A DNA stretch of 64,000 nucleotides from Ostreococcus lucimarinus (lineage: Eukaryota). How positions within the stretch are numbered: position 1 is the first letter of the stretch; each line of letters begins with the position of its first letter. The DNA lies in NCBI GenBank assembly GCA_000092065.1, contig CP000594.1. One strand, written 5' to 3'. This document shows positions 1-9,610 of this stretch, piece after piece. A program made the position numbers and the translations under genes. The notes beneath the pieces are model-generated. The model saw only the letters and a program-made list of their open reading frames with translations, did not search any database and was not told the DNA's origin.

Positions 1-1
1 A

Positions 2-637
2 CCCCGCGCCAAGGGCAGCTTGGTTGAAATCGAGCGCGTCAACTACGTAGACATGAGCAAGAAGTTGATCGGCAAGATTGCAAAGCTTCACGCTGGCGAA
101 GAACCCGAAGTGTACGTGCCGCCTACGAAGAAGCGTGCTTCCGATGTCGGTTACGGGCAGGAGAACAAGATGCCGGCGTTCAACGGCGGTTGGAACCAAG
201 CGGGTGGGCAAGCCAACGGTGGTGGCGCGAGTGCCGCGAACGCCGCGAACGCAACTTGCTACAAGTGCGGTCAGACCGGTCATTTTGCGGCAGCCTGCCC
301 GAGCGGTGGCGGCGGCGGCGGCGGTGCGTCGTACAACCAATTCAATGGCAACGGCGGCGGTGGCGGCTTCAACAACAACGCTCCGAAGAAGGGCGCTTGC
401 CACAAGTGCGGCGGAGAGGGACACTGGGCGCGCGACTGTCCGAACGCGGCCTACATGGGCAACGGCAACGGCGGTAATCAACCGGTGCACAACGGCAACG
501 GCTACGGTGGTGGCGGCTACGGTGGCGGCGGCGGCGGCTACGGTGGCGGCGGCGGCGGCTACGGCGGCGGCGGCGGCGGCTACGGCGGCGGCGGCGGCGG
601 TTACGGCGGTGGTGGCTACGGCGGCGGTGGTTTTTAA
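2..637 (+). CDS. Glycine-rich RNA-binding-type protein with two CCHC zinc knuckles; 5'-partial (reading frame is open to the window edge).
   Basis: Frame is open from position 2 with no upstream stop; stop TAA at 635-637. Two CX2CX4HX4C knuckles (CYKCGQTGHFAAACP, CHKCGGEGHWARDCP). C-terminal (GYGGGGG)n tail encoded by a 21-nt tandem repeat. Domain recognition is from memory of CCHC/GRP families. Confidence 0.6.
   Translation, partial: PRAKGSLVEIERVNYVDMSKKLIGKIAKLHAGEEPEVYVPPTKKRASDVGYGQENKMPAFNGGWNQAGGQANGGGASAANAANATCYKCGQTGHFAAACPSGGGGGGGASYNQFNGNGGGGGFNNNAPKKGACHKCGGEGHWARDCPNAAYMGNGNGGNQPVHNGNGYGGGGYGGGGGGYGGGGGGYGGGGGGYGGGGGGYGGGGYGGGGF
501..634 (+). repeat. Tandem ~21-nt coding repeat (GGC TAC GGC GGC GGC GGC GGC)n encoding GYGGGGG repeats.
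   Basis: Repeat units are directly visible in the sequence. Confidence 0.8.
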
Positions 638-723
638 AATCAGATCACGAACAAACGCACGAACGCACGAATAGATGACACGCGCATGTAACATGAACGA
701 ACGAATACAACAAATTACAAACA

Positions 724-2790
724 CTATTCGTCGACGAGCGGAAGCGCGTCTCTCGAACGGATGGCTGGAAGCATAGCCGGAATCAAGTTCAGGTAATCTT
801 CCAACAGTCCTGTCGTGGTGATGAACTGCCACGTGAAGAAGGCCATGACGAGTGATACGAAAAGCGTGGCGACGAAAGCGCGCTCGCGGAAACCCGAACG
901 CCGGATCATAGCGATCGTCGTTGCCATGACGGGATGAATCGTCATTCTGAAGTAGAACATCGGATAGAAAACGACGAGCGCGACGGAGTACACGGCCAAG
1001 TGTCTCAAGTACTGACGACGCTGTGACCCAGACATTTGCTGCCACGTAAGACCTCGCCACGAGCCCGCTAAAGCTCGTCGCGGCGGTCTTGGAACGAAAG
1101 GTTCATGCTTGCACTTGACGCAGTGACACTTACCACCCACGATGCAACGAGGCAAGATGTGGGGCGAAAACTTTTCATGCAGCTTTTCGATGCCATCGTC
1201 GTCCGCTTGGTAAATCAAAATGCGTCCCTTTGTGCTACTACTCACGACCTCGAGTAATATTTGCAACGCACGTCTCATGAGCCACCACACATTGATGCAA
1301 TGCACCTCGCACGCCAGCTCCGGGTAGTTGGCGTCGAGCGTCACGAGAGTCGTGGCGACGAGGGAAATCGGAAGCGAAGTCAAATCGATACCCGAGCAAT
1401 CGACGAGCGCCACCAAACGACCTCGCATGACACCATTTGACTTCTTCAACCGCATCCACTCCTGCTCGGCGTGCGTCATCACCGCGGCAACGACTTCGTC
1501 CAAGCCTTCCATGCCCACTGCGTCCATGGCGGCTCGAAGTCTCAGCACGAGTTGATAACCGCCGCTCCAGCTTTGCTTCGGACCGTGAATGTATACCACG
1601 TTCTCAAACTGCTTCAGCTTGGCGTCGGTCAAGAACTCATACCTTCTGCGCCATTGCAACGATCGTTCCACGGCTTGCGCCGCGGCGGACGTGTGCTTCC
1701 ACTGTAACAAGAAAGCCGCGAGTTGGGTGTCGGTGAACTTGGCTCTCGCGGTCGGCGAGAGTTTATTTTTCAAAGCGTGAATCTCGTATTCGCGGGGAAT
1801 TAACAGTGCGTTCCCGTATCCAGTATCTGTCGCCACCACACCAGTGTACACGGCGGCTGGCAGTCGTTGTAATCTATTCATTCCGCCCTTGACCCAACCG
1901 ACGGGGCGCAGCAGCGCGTGCCTTTGCCTATGGCTTTCGGCGTACTCTCTCGATTGATTGATGCTCTCGTCGTCGCTCTCTTCATCGCTACCTATGTCTT
2001 CGTCACTGGCGTACTCTCCGTTCGTCCCCGTTCCCGATCCACGTCGACGCCTTCGTCTGTTCCTAGCCCCCGTGAATCGCGCGATGGTGCTCAGCTGTCC
2101 CTCCGCGTGCCGCATCGCGTACAGCACGTCCCTCGGCAACGTCTCCTCCAAAACCTCCCACGCCTCGTTCACCGCCGCCCTATACGAACTCACCTCATTC
2201 TTCACCTTATTCTTCGCCAACAACTTCCCCAACCGCTTCGCGTGTCGCTGCAGCTTTATCCGCACCGCCGGAATCTTGCACACGCGCGCCGCCATTTTCG
2301 CAAACTTCCGCACGAAACATTTATACGGCGCCGACGCCGCGACGAGCAGCGCCACGCGTCCCGTGATCGTCGGCAGCGGCTTACTCGACGCCAGCCCCTT
2401 CGTCATCGTCGCCAACGCCTTGACGACGAGCGTTTCGATCCTTCGTCTTCGCGTCCCGACCGCGTTCGCCTTTAAAAATCCCAACGTTCGTCGTCCGCGG
2501 TGGTTGACGCGATACATCTCTCCCGCGCACACGCACGCCGCGACCAGCGGGCCGCGTCGTCGTCGGGCTTTGCGCAGCCAGACGACTCGCGCGGCGTAGC
2601 TCGCGAACTGCGCCGTGGGCGTCGTCGCGCGGTACAATTCGCGCGCGACCGCCGCCGTGGACGCCGTCGCGAGCGCGACGGCACCGCGACCGAGCGGGCG
2701 CGTCGTCGCGCGCGCGACGACGCGAACGGCGACCTCAGCGGTAGCACCATCGTCCGCGCGCGTCGACGACGCGCCGGACGACGGCGTCAT
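724..2790 (-). CDS. Sec14-like / CRAL-TRIO lipid-transfer protein with C-terminal transmembrane segments. The start is uncertain; the Arg/Ala-rich N-terminal ~130 aa of the ORF may be non-coding.
   Basis: CRAL-TRIO signature ...RLVALVDCSGIDLTSL...LDANYPELACEVHCINVWWLMRRALQILLEVV...ILIY resembles the Sec14 'NYPE' core. Hydrophobic C-terminus (VALVVFYPMFYF..., FVATLFVSLVMAFFTW). Plausible alternative starts are internal ATGs (e.g. MYRVNH..., MTKGL...). Confidence 0.6.
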   Translation of the reverse strand: MTPSSGASSTRADDGATAEVAVRVVARATTRPLGRGAVALATASTAAVARELYRATTPTAQFASYAARVVWLRKARRRRGPLVAACVCAGEMYRVNHRGRRTLGFLKANAVGTRRRRIETLVVKALATMTKGLASSKPLPTITGRVALLVAASAPYKCFVRKFAKMAARVCKIPAVRIKLQRHAKRLGKLLAKNKVKNEVSSYRAAVNEAWEVLEETLPRDVLYAMRHAEGQLSTIARFTGARNRRRRRRGSGTGTNGEYASDEDIGSDEESDDESINQSREYAESHRQRHALLRPVGWVKGGMNRLQRLPAAVYTGVVATDTGYGNALLIPREYEIHALKNKLSPTARAKFTDTQLAAFLLQWKHTSAAAQAVERSLQWRRRYEFLTDAKLKQFENVVYIHGPKQSWSGGYQLVLRLRAAMDAVGMEGLDEVVAAVMTHAEQEWMRLKKSNGVMRGRLVALVDCSGIDLTSLPISLVATTLVTLDANYPELACEVHCINVWWLMRRALQILLEVVSSSTKGRILIYQADDDGIEKLHEKFSPHILPRCIVGGKCHCVKCKHEPFVPRPPRRALAGSWRGLTWQQMSGSQRRQYLRHLAVYSVALVVFYPMFYFRMTIHPVMATTIAMIRRSGFRERAFVATLFVSLVMAFFTWQFITTTGLLEDYLNLIPAMLPAIRSRDALPLVDE

Positions 2791-2937
2791 GACGCGCGTC
2801 GACGACTGACGCGGCGCGCGCCGAACGCGCCGCGCGGCGACGCCGCGAGCGACGAACGACGCGCCGCGAGATCACGCGAAACGACGCCGCGATAACGCTA
2901 CGACGAATACATCGAATAAATAGACGCGCCTACGAAT

Positions 2938-3400
2938 CTACGAATCGCGATCGCCGCTCGAATCGCGATCGCCCGCCTCGAGCGCGCCCGTCAACATCGC
3001 GCGCCGAAGCGTCAAGTTATCCTCGCGCGTCCGGTCGATCGCCTCAGCCTTCATCCAATCGTAATCGAATCCCTCGGCATCGCACGCCAGCACTTTTCTC
3101 GTCTCGATGATTCGCACGGCGACGAGTCGGTAATCCAGCTCTTCGTGCGCCATGAGTTCCGCCAACCACGCGCTCGCGTCGGCGCGCAGCGGCTTGGCGT
3201 GCAGGTAATCGATCCAGTTTCGGCGCCATCGGCGAGCGGTGTCGCGTCCCTGACATCTGGTCCAGGACGACGCGGACGGCGGACATGGTGAGGAGGTCGG
3301 CGAGCGCCTTGGCGGCCTTTCGCGGCGGCGTGAGACCGTCGAAGTCGACGGTGGCGAAGAAGTCCGCGCCGAGGGCGTCGTCGTCGTCGGCGGCGGCGCG
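2938..3400 (-). pseudogene. Disrupted ORF of unknown function. A protein-like translation switches reading frame by +1 near 3215-3235, indicating a frameshift or sequencing error.
   Basis: Upstream frame reads ...FFATVDFDGLTPPRKAAKALADLLTMSAVRVVLDQ. Downstream frame reads ...NWIDYLHAKPLRADASAWLAELMAHEELDYRLVAVRIIETRKVLACDAEGFDYDWMKAEAIDR...* (stop at 2938). Further upstream the second frame becomes Arg/Pro junk, so neither frame is complete on its own. No GT...ACTGAC...AG intron signature lies between them. Confidence 0.25.
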
Positions 3401-3598
3401 CGCGCGAGGCGAGGCGCGCGCGCGCGCGCGAGCGCGCGCGACGCGACCGGACGTGGACGCAGCGGCGGCGCTCGCGGCGGCGCTCGCGCGCATGACGGCG
3501 CGGCGCGCGCGGGTGTGAGGAGGACGCGCGGTCGACGCGCGCGAGCGGGACGCGAGGGGCGTCGGTTGACGTCGGTTCAGCGCGAAAGGTGCGTCGAT

Positions 3599-5893
3599 TC
3601 AACAGACGAGCGGGCTGGCCGGAGCGGCGGGACGGAGCAAAAGGAGCGTCGCGCACAGAGCGACGAGACCGAGCTCGGTGGACGTCAACAGGGACGGGAT
3701 GTGGGCGGCGCCGGCGTCGACGACGGCGGAGACGACGTTCGCGAGCGAGGCGCCGGACGCGAGGAGAGCGCGGCTGTCGGCGCCGACGATGGCGTAGAAG
3801 ACGACCCAGGGCGCCATACCGAATGCGGTTCCGGCGACGATGGCGCGGATGGGGACTTGAGTGAGACCCAGGAGGTAGTTGGTGACCGTGAACGGGGCGT
3901 GCGGGAGGAGACGCATCAACGAAACTTTGGAGGCTTGCACGAGGGCGTCGCCGTCGCCGCTCACGGCGCGGTTCACCTTTTTCAACTGCGCCGCGATCGA
4001 TCGACGCGCGGGCGCACCGATGCCCGTTTGCTGCGCCAAGTCATCGCTGATTTGCCTATACCCTCGAGCGCGGCTCGCGCTCGCGGAGATGGCGGCGGCG
4101 CACACGGCGGCGCATAAACCGAGCGCCGCGCCGTACGCGGGACCAAAAAATAAGCCAGCCATGATGAACAAAGGCTGCGTAGGAACGAATGGAATTATCG
4201 CCGCGAGCGTGGTGATCGCGGTGAGGCACAATGGCGCGAGCACGGGACCAGCTTTACTGATCGCGGACTCGGCGACGTTGAGCCAGCTCGTCGCTCCGAA
4301 CGCGGCCTTGACTTTGGTCGCCGTGGCGATCGGACCGGCTTGTCTCGCGTAAACCAGCGCGCTCACGGCGGCGGCGAAGATGGCGACTTGCAAAATGTGT
4401 TGACCACTGATCAAAAAGTCAAACACAGCCACCGCGCGTCGGCGAATACCGATGGCTTTGATCGCCTTGCGCAAGTTTCGCAACTTGAAAAATCGCTCCA
4501 ACCCTTTCGAGTACTGGTTCTCTCGGAGATTTCTATTGGACGACATCCATCCCCACTTTTCGACGTCTGCGCGACTTGCCGCACCCATGCGTTGGCGTTC
4601 GCTGTCGTTCTCGAGCAACATCTTGACGTGCTCGGCGGCTTTGTCGTAGTCGTACTCGGGGTAGAGCAAGCCGACGTCGCCCGGATTGGTGAGGATATCG
4701 AGTAAGCCACCGGCGGCGACGGCAACGACGGGTACGCCCGAAGCCATGGACTCCATGACGACAAAACCGAGCGTCTCACTCGGGCTCGGCATGACGAACA
4801 CGTCCAAAGACGCGTACGCTGCGGACAAATCGTCTCCCGTGATCATCCCCGTGAAAACTGTATTCGTTCCGGCAAAGTGCTCCTCGAGCCTTTTACGTTC
4901 GGGTCCGTCTCCGATGATGGCCAAATTCACGTTCGACGGTAATTTTGCGAGAATATCTTTGAGATCTCCCAAGCGCTTTTCCGCGCCGAGGCGTCCGACG
5001 CACCCGATGATCGGACCGTCGCGACCGCCGCTCAGACGCTTGCGCATCTCCTCGCTCTTAAAGCTCGGATTGAACGCCACCGTGTCCACGCCCTTGTCCC
5101 AGACTTGCAAATTTTTACACCCTTCTCCTCTCAACTCGTTCTCCAGAATGCTCGAAGTCACCAACGTCGTCGACGCGTAGCCGTTCCAAAACCGAATCAA
5201 GTCCCACATCGGCTTGACCAACCCCGCCCACGTGTACCTCGGAATGTAGTGCGGAATGTGCGTGTGATACGACTCCACGAGCGGTATATCCATCGCCTTA
5301 CAGTACGTCATCGCCCCAAAAATCATCCCTCCCGGCACCGCGCAGTGCACCAAGTCCGGTTTATTCTCCTTAAACTCCCGCCACACCCGTCCGTCGAGCC
5401 CGAACGAGCACAGCAGCGTGTCCGTCCCGTAAAACGGCAGCACGAACCCTCTCAACCCGATCACCTTCGCCCCGTGATACTCCTTCGGCGGATCGCGATC
5501 GGGCGTGATCACCACCACGTCGTCTCCCATCTCTCGCAGGTTCTCGATCAATCGCAGGAATCGATTCTTCATCCCGCTCACGTGCGAAAACGGGCTCGGC
5601 TCCACGAAGATGGCCACGCGTCGTTTCGGTCGCGCGTCCGTCGTCGCCGTCGCCGTCGCGGTCGTTCGCGTCGTCGCGCGTCGCCTCGCGACGACCACCG
5701 CGGCGTTCCGCGTCGCCGTCGAGCGCGCGTCCGCGCGTCCCGCGTCGCCGTCGCGTCGTTTCGGTCGGAATATACCACCGCCCGTCGTCGTCGTCGTCGT
5801 CGCGCGCGTCGTCGTCGTCGTCGTCGCGCGCCGCGGTCGCGCCGACGCTCGAGGCGCGCGCGTCATCGCGCGCGTCGCGAACCTCGCGTCCAT
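3599..5893 (-). CDS. SQD2: UDP-sulfoquinovose:DAG sulfoquinovosyltransferase (SQD2-type GT4 glycosyltransferase) fused in frame to a C-terminal DedA/TVP38-like membrane domain. Predicted organellar presequence.
   Basis: The GT4 domain (VAIFVEPSPFSHVSGMKNRFLRLIENLREMGDDVVVITPD...SYHTHIPHYIPRYTWAGLVKPMWDLIRFW...VGRLGAEKRLGDL...IGDGPERKRLEEHFAGTNTVFTGMITGDDLSAAYASLDVFVMPSPSETLGFVVMESMASGVPVV) matches plant SQD2 closely, from memory. It is followed without a stop by ~280 aa containing the DedA/TVP38 motif (LTAITTLAAIIPFVPTQPLFIMAGLFFG). The 924-aa ORF-track start (6373) lies in CGCG-rich sequence. I place the start at the internal ATG 5893 (MDARFATRAMTRAPRASARP..., transit-peptide-like). Confidence 0.75.
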   Translation of the reverse strand: MDARFATRAMTRAPRASARPRRATTTTTTRATTTTTTGGGIFRPKRRDGDAGRADARSTATRNAAVVVARRRATTRTTATATATTDARPKRRVAIFVEPSPFSHVSGMKNRFLRLIENLREMGDDVVVITPDRDPPKEYHGAKVIGLRGFVLPFYGTDTLLCSFGLDGRVWREFKENKPDLVHCAVPGGMIFGAMTYCKAMDIPLVESYHTHIPHYIPRYTWAGLVKPMWDLIRFWNGYASTTLVTSSILENELRGEGCKNLQVWDKGVDTVAFNPSFKSEEMRKRLSGGRDGPIIGCVGRLGAEKRLGDLKDILAKLPSNVNLAIIGDGPERKRLEEHFAGTNTVFTGMITGDDLSAAYASLDVFVMPSPSETLGFVVMESMASGVPVVAVAAGGLLDILTNPGDVGLLYPEYDYDKAAEHVKMLLENDSERQRMGAASRADVEKWGWMSSNRNLRENQYSKGLERFFKLRNLRKAIKAIGIRRRAVAVFDFLISGQHILQVAIFAAAVSALVYARQAGPIATATKVKAAFGATSWLNVAESAISKAGPVLAPLCLTAITTLAAIIPFVPTQPLFIMAGLFFGPAYGAALGLCAAVCAAAISASASRARGYRQISDDLAQQTGIGAPARRSIAAQLKKVNRAVSGDGDALVQASKVSLMRLLPHAPFTVTNYLLGLTQVPIRAIVAGTAFGMAPWVVFYAIVGADSRALLASGASLANVVSAVVDAGAAHIPSLLTSTELGLVALCATLLLLRPAAPASPLVC
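5783..5826 (-). repeat. (ACG)n/(CGT)n trinucleotide repeat inside the SQD2 presequence (poly-Thr).
   Basis: cgtcgtcgtcgtcgtcgtcg...cgtcgtcgtcgtcgtcgtcg, visible directly. Confidence 0.7.
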
Positions 5894-6622
5894 CGTCGCG
5901 GGCGTCGGCGCGAGCCCCCGCGCGTCCCGCACTGCCGCGCGCGATGGACGCCCCCGACGTCGGCGCTCGCGATCGACCGCGCGGCGGTCGACCGCATCGC
6001 GCGCGCCGCGACGCTGTCGACGCTCGCGGGCGCGCTCGCGGGCGCGGCGCTGGCGCTGCGACGACGCCGACCGCAGGCGGTGGCGCCGACGCACGCCGTC
6101 GCGGGCGCGGCGAACGTCGGCGCGTGCGGCGCGGCGCACGCGACGACGCTCGAGGCGCTGGACAGACGGCCGGACGCGCGAGGCGCGACGACGCACGCCG
6201 TCGCGGGCGCGTGCGTCGGGACGGGCGCGGCGTGGGTGAGGTGGGGACGACGCGCGGCGACGGCGGGCGCGGCGTGCGGCGCGGCGGCGGCGGGCGGCGC
6301 GAGGGCGTGCGCGACGGCGCTCGAGGGCGCGGGAGAGCGCGGGTACGAGTTCCCGAGGTGGTTTCCGGTGCAAATCGTGCGAGAGGAGGGGCGCGAGGAC
6401 GAGCTGCTGGCGCTTATGGGGCGGGCGCAGCGAGGCGAGCTGTCGGCGGAGGACGAGGCGAGGACGCGGGACGCGTACGCGCGGTGGAAGATGCGTCGAG
6501 CGGGGAGAGGGTAGAGGCGCGCGCGGCGAAGCGGTGAAGTGGAAAAGTTAGCGTAGAATACAATCGCGATCGGCGAACGTCGGTCGAGACGCGACGCGAC
6601 GCGACGCGCGCGCGCGCGAGGC

Positions 6623-7369
6623 TCAAATCATCGAAGGCGGCGTCGCGCCGAGAGACGCTAAACGTTTGAGCATGTCTCGCCCGAAACTCCCCGGCGAGTC
6701 GTCGCGCGCCAGAGGCACCGAAATTTCAAACGGGAAGCTCACGACGTCGCTCGTCGTCACCGGCGGCACGTGCGCCTTCATCTCGTTCACCAATCCCAGC
6801 ACGTGTCGCTGCGTCCCGACGACTTGGTCTCGCAGCGCCTCCCGCGCGCGCGCGCGCTCCGTCTCGTCCAACTCCTCACCCCTAAAAATCTCCAATCCGA
6901 TCCTCCACTGTTCCCAGTACCCATTCGCCGCGCGCGCTTCCTCCCGTCGCGTTCGTCCGCCGCTCAGCGCCTCTCGCAGCGCGCCGCCGCGTCTCGGCTT
7001 GTCCCGCTCGCGCTCGTAAAAGCTCACCGCCACGTCCGCCTCCCCGCCTCCCGTCTTCAGCGCCCATCGCACGAGGGCGTTTATCTTCTCCTCTATCTTC
7101 CCGTCCACCGCGCCGTCGCCGCACGCGACGTAGTGCACGTCCACGCGCTCGCATCGCGCGTCCCGAGGCGCGCAGCATCCGAGCGCGCGCGCGAAGACGA
7201 TCGTGTGCAGCAGCGCCGAGAGCACGTCGCGCACCTGCGACAGCTCGCATCGCAGCGGCGGCAGCGCGAACACCTCCCGCGCCCGCATGCGCGCGCGCGT
7301 CGACGCGCGCCGCGATGCGCGGTCGCGGCGCGGTCGCATCGCGATTCCGTCGCCACCGCGGCGTAACAC
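6623..7369 (-). CDS. ATG101: Autophagy-related protein 101 (ATG101, HORMA-like) homolog. The start may instead be an internal ATG (7339 or 7288).
   Basis: Similarity recalled to human ATG101 along the whole length (VLSALLHTIVFARALG ~ MLAVLHTVLLHRSTG; VAVSFYERERDKP ~ MSLEFYQKKKSRWP; YWEQWRIGLEIF ~ PWEVWTVKVHVV; C-terminal HVPPVTTSDVVSFPFEISV ~ YLPKMPTQSEVDNVF...YKISF). About 220 aa. Confidence 0.5.
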   Translation of the reverse strand: MLRRGGDGIAMRPRRDRASRRASTRARMRAREVFALPPLRCELSQVRDVLSALLHTIVFARALGCCAPRDARCERVDVHYVACGDGAVDGKIEEKINALVRWALKTGGGEADVAVSFYERERDKPRRGGALREALSGGRTRREEARAANGYWEQWRIGLEIFRGEELDETERARAREALRDQVVGTQRHVLGLVNEMKAHVPPVTTSDVVSFPFEISVPLARDDSPGSFGRDMLKRLASLGATPPSMI

Positions 7370-7450
7370 TATAAAACGCGCGGACGCGACGACGCCGACG
7401 GTGTCGCGCCGCAGAAGACGACGCGCGCGACGCGACGCGACGCGAGCGGC

Positions 7451-9610
7451 ATGGACGAGCGAGCGGCGCTGCTCTCGCGCGCGGTCGCGGACGCGGAGGA
7501 GCGGACGCGCGCGGAAACGCGCGGGCGCGCGCGCGCGCGAGGGAAAGATGGGAAAGTCTCGACGTCGCGATCGGACGACGACGACGACGCGGTGCTCGAA
7601 AGAAGCGCGGGACGGGGTCGACGGACGCGGGCGATGATGGTGACGATCGGACTGGCGTGCGCGGTGGGATTGGCGGCGCTCGGGGCGCGGACGCGCGGCG
7701 GAGACGGCGGACTTTTGGGCGGGCGCGGCGCGAGCGACGGCGCGGCGACGAAACGGGGCGAGCGCGGACGTTCGTCGCGCGCGAAGACTTCGACCGGGGG
7801 CGCGCGCGCGAGTGTGGATTTAACGGCGGAGACGGAGAGCCGGGAGGTTGTGCGCGTCGCGGGCGTGGAGGACTTCACGGCGAGCGATTCGCGATTGGCG
7901 GGTTACAGCAAGCTCGAGGTCGCGGACGCCATCAAGCACGCCGTGGAGTTTGTGAAGAAGGAGCAGTTGGAGGAAAAGCGACTTGAAGCGAAAACGTCGT
8001 CTGACGTGGGCGGGCTCGGCTCGGATGAGATCCCGGATGAGGATACCTGGGGCACGCCGATGCACCTGATGGCGAGACCGGGCGCGGCGAAGGACAGAGA
8101 CGCGCTCAAGGTGACGCTGAGCAAGCTGCTGACGACGCACGACGTTGAATTGGTGTCAAAGAACGTCAAAATCACCGCCAGTGTAAATCCGAAGAAATGG
8201 CCTGATGGCTTAGATCGCGCGGTGTACGCGCTCAAGTCGGTTTTTGAAATCCTCGGAGGCGACTACTTGCACCCGGATTTCTCCCTATTGAAAGGTTTGG
8301 ACTGGATCGAAGCGCCGAACTCGCGTGATTTAGACGGTAAGATCGCCGGTGCATGGGGCGCGCTCTCTAATCACGTCGGCACACTCTTCGGTCACATGTA
8401 CCAGTGGCAGCTCGCCAAGGATTCGATGAACAAGGCCACCATCATCGTCGACAGCGACGGCCTCGCGCCGACAAAGCTCGGGGTGCCGGTGTCGTCGTTC
8501 GGGGCCATCATAGACAACGTGCCGGCGGAGTACGATATCATCTTACTCAACACTTATCCCGATGTCGAGAACTCGCACACGGTCGCGGAATTTCCCGATC
8601 ACAGAGGGCACGACCTCAAGCTCACAACTTGGAAATCGCCCGGGCACACCGGCTTGAGCACTTACATAATCTCGTCGTCGTTCCCGGATAGAGTGTTCGC
8701 GTACGCCGCACAGAAGGGTGCGGGCTACTTAGACTCTTGGATTGTCGATGATTTGTGCACTCGTAAAGTATGCGATGACGATGGAGAAATTGTCGGCATG
8801 GGCGCAATCACGGCGAGCCAGCCTTTGCTGCGATGCTACCGAGCACACGGGGTCATTGAAACGCATCACGACAAGCAGAGCGACCAAGCGACGACTGTGA
8901 TCGCTGAGAACGTGGAAGCAAACACGACCACTGTGCTAGCGACTGGTAAGTTGGTTGGCGATCACAAACACGCGACGAAGGAAGACGACAAACCGGGCAA
9001 GGCCAAGGGGGTGTCTGACGACTCGCTCAAGAAAGTCATGGACGAGACTTTGGACGAAGACTCTGAGCGGCGTGCCAGTCAGAAGAAGTCTTCACACCAT
9101 GACAACGACTCCGATCATTCGTCGAAGGAGTCTTCGAACAAGGATTCCGACGCCGACGCGAAAAAATCAAAGCACGCGCATGTCCACGAAGCCGCTGCGC
9201 TCGAGGCGAGTCTCGGCGTGACGCCCTTTGCTCGCGAGTCTCACGCGACGAAGCCGACCGGGTTAACGAGCGATTTCATCTTCGATTCAATGCACGAGCT
9301 CAACGCTGAGCATGGATCTTTGATTCACAAGAAGTTTTCCTTGTTGCACAAGCATCAGCACGAGCGCGAGCGCGTTGAGGCGATGATAAAGCGTCTTCAT
9401 GACCTGAGGGCGTCGGGCAAGGAGGCGACAGCTCAGGACATCTTGAGCGCGGTACCGACGGAGGAAGAACCGATCGCGGAACCGATCGTAGAACCCATCG
9501 CCGTGGTGCCTCAGAGCGTGGTAGAGCCGGCGCGCAAAGAAGAATTCGAGGCGAAGAAGCCGGCGCCCGAGGCTGACGCAGAAGTCGGCAACTTTCTGAC
9601 GGGGCTCTGA
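7451..9610 (+). CDS. Hypothetical type-II membrane protein (N-terminal TM anchor MMVTIGLACAVGLAALG, large globular region, acidic/Lys-rich low-complexity tail); function unknown. Noticeably lower GC than its neighbours.
   Basis: Long clean ORF with protein-like composition and no family recognised by eye. The start may be the internal ATG ~7634 just before the TM segment. Stop at 9608-9610. Confidence 0.5.
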   Translation: MDERAALLSRAVADAEERTRAETRGRARARGKDGKVSTSRSDDDDDAVLERSAGRGRRTRAMMVTIGLACAVGLAALGARTRGGDGGLLGGRGASDGAATKRGERGRSSRAKTSTGGARASVDLTAETESREVVRVAGVEDFTASDSRLAGYSKLEVADAIKHAVEFVKKEQLEEKRLEAKTSSDVGGLGSDEIPDEDTWGTPMHLMARPGAAKDRDALKVTLSKLLTTHDVELVSKNVKITASVNPKKWPDGLDRAVYALKSVFEILGGDYLHPDFSLLKGLDWIEAPNSRDLDGKIAGAWGALSNHVGTLFGHMYQWQLAKDSMNKATIIVDSDGLAPTKLGVPVSSFGAIIDNVPAEYDIILLNTYPDVENSHTVAEFPDHRGHDLKLTTWKSPGHTGLSTYIISSSFPDRVFAYAAQKGAGYLDSWIVDDLCTRKVCDDDGEIVGMGAITASQPLLRCYRAHGVIETHHDKQSDQATTVIAENVEANTTTVLATGKLVGDHKHATKEDDKPGKAKGVSDDSLKKVMDETLDEDSERRASQKKSSHHDNDSDHSSKESSNKDSDADAKKSKHAHVHEAAALEASLGVTPFARESHATKPTGLTSDFIFDSMHELNAEHGSLIHKKFSLLHKHQHERERVEAMIKRLHDLRASGKEATAQDILSAVPTEEEPIAEPIVEPIAVVPQSVVEPARKEEFEAKKPAPEADAEVGNFLTGL

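Noticed and set aside
5105-6514. 469-aa plus-strand ORF (plus 5505-6239 and 5944-6537), Arg/Pro/His-rich
   Set aside because: Antisense to the SQD2 glycosyltransferase domain and extending into CGCG-rich DNA. The composition (RRRRR, PRPR runs) is typical of spurious ORFs in >70% GC sequence. No domain recognised.
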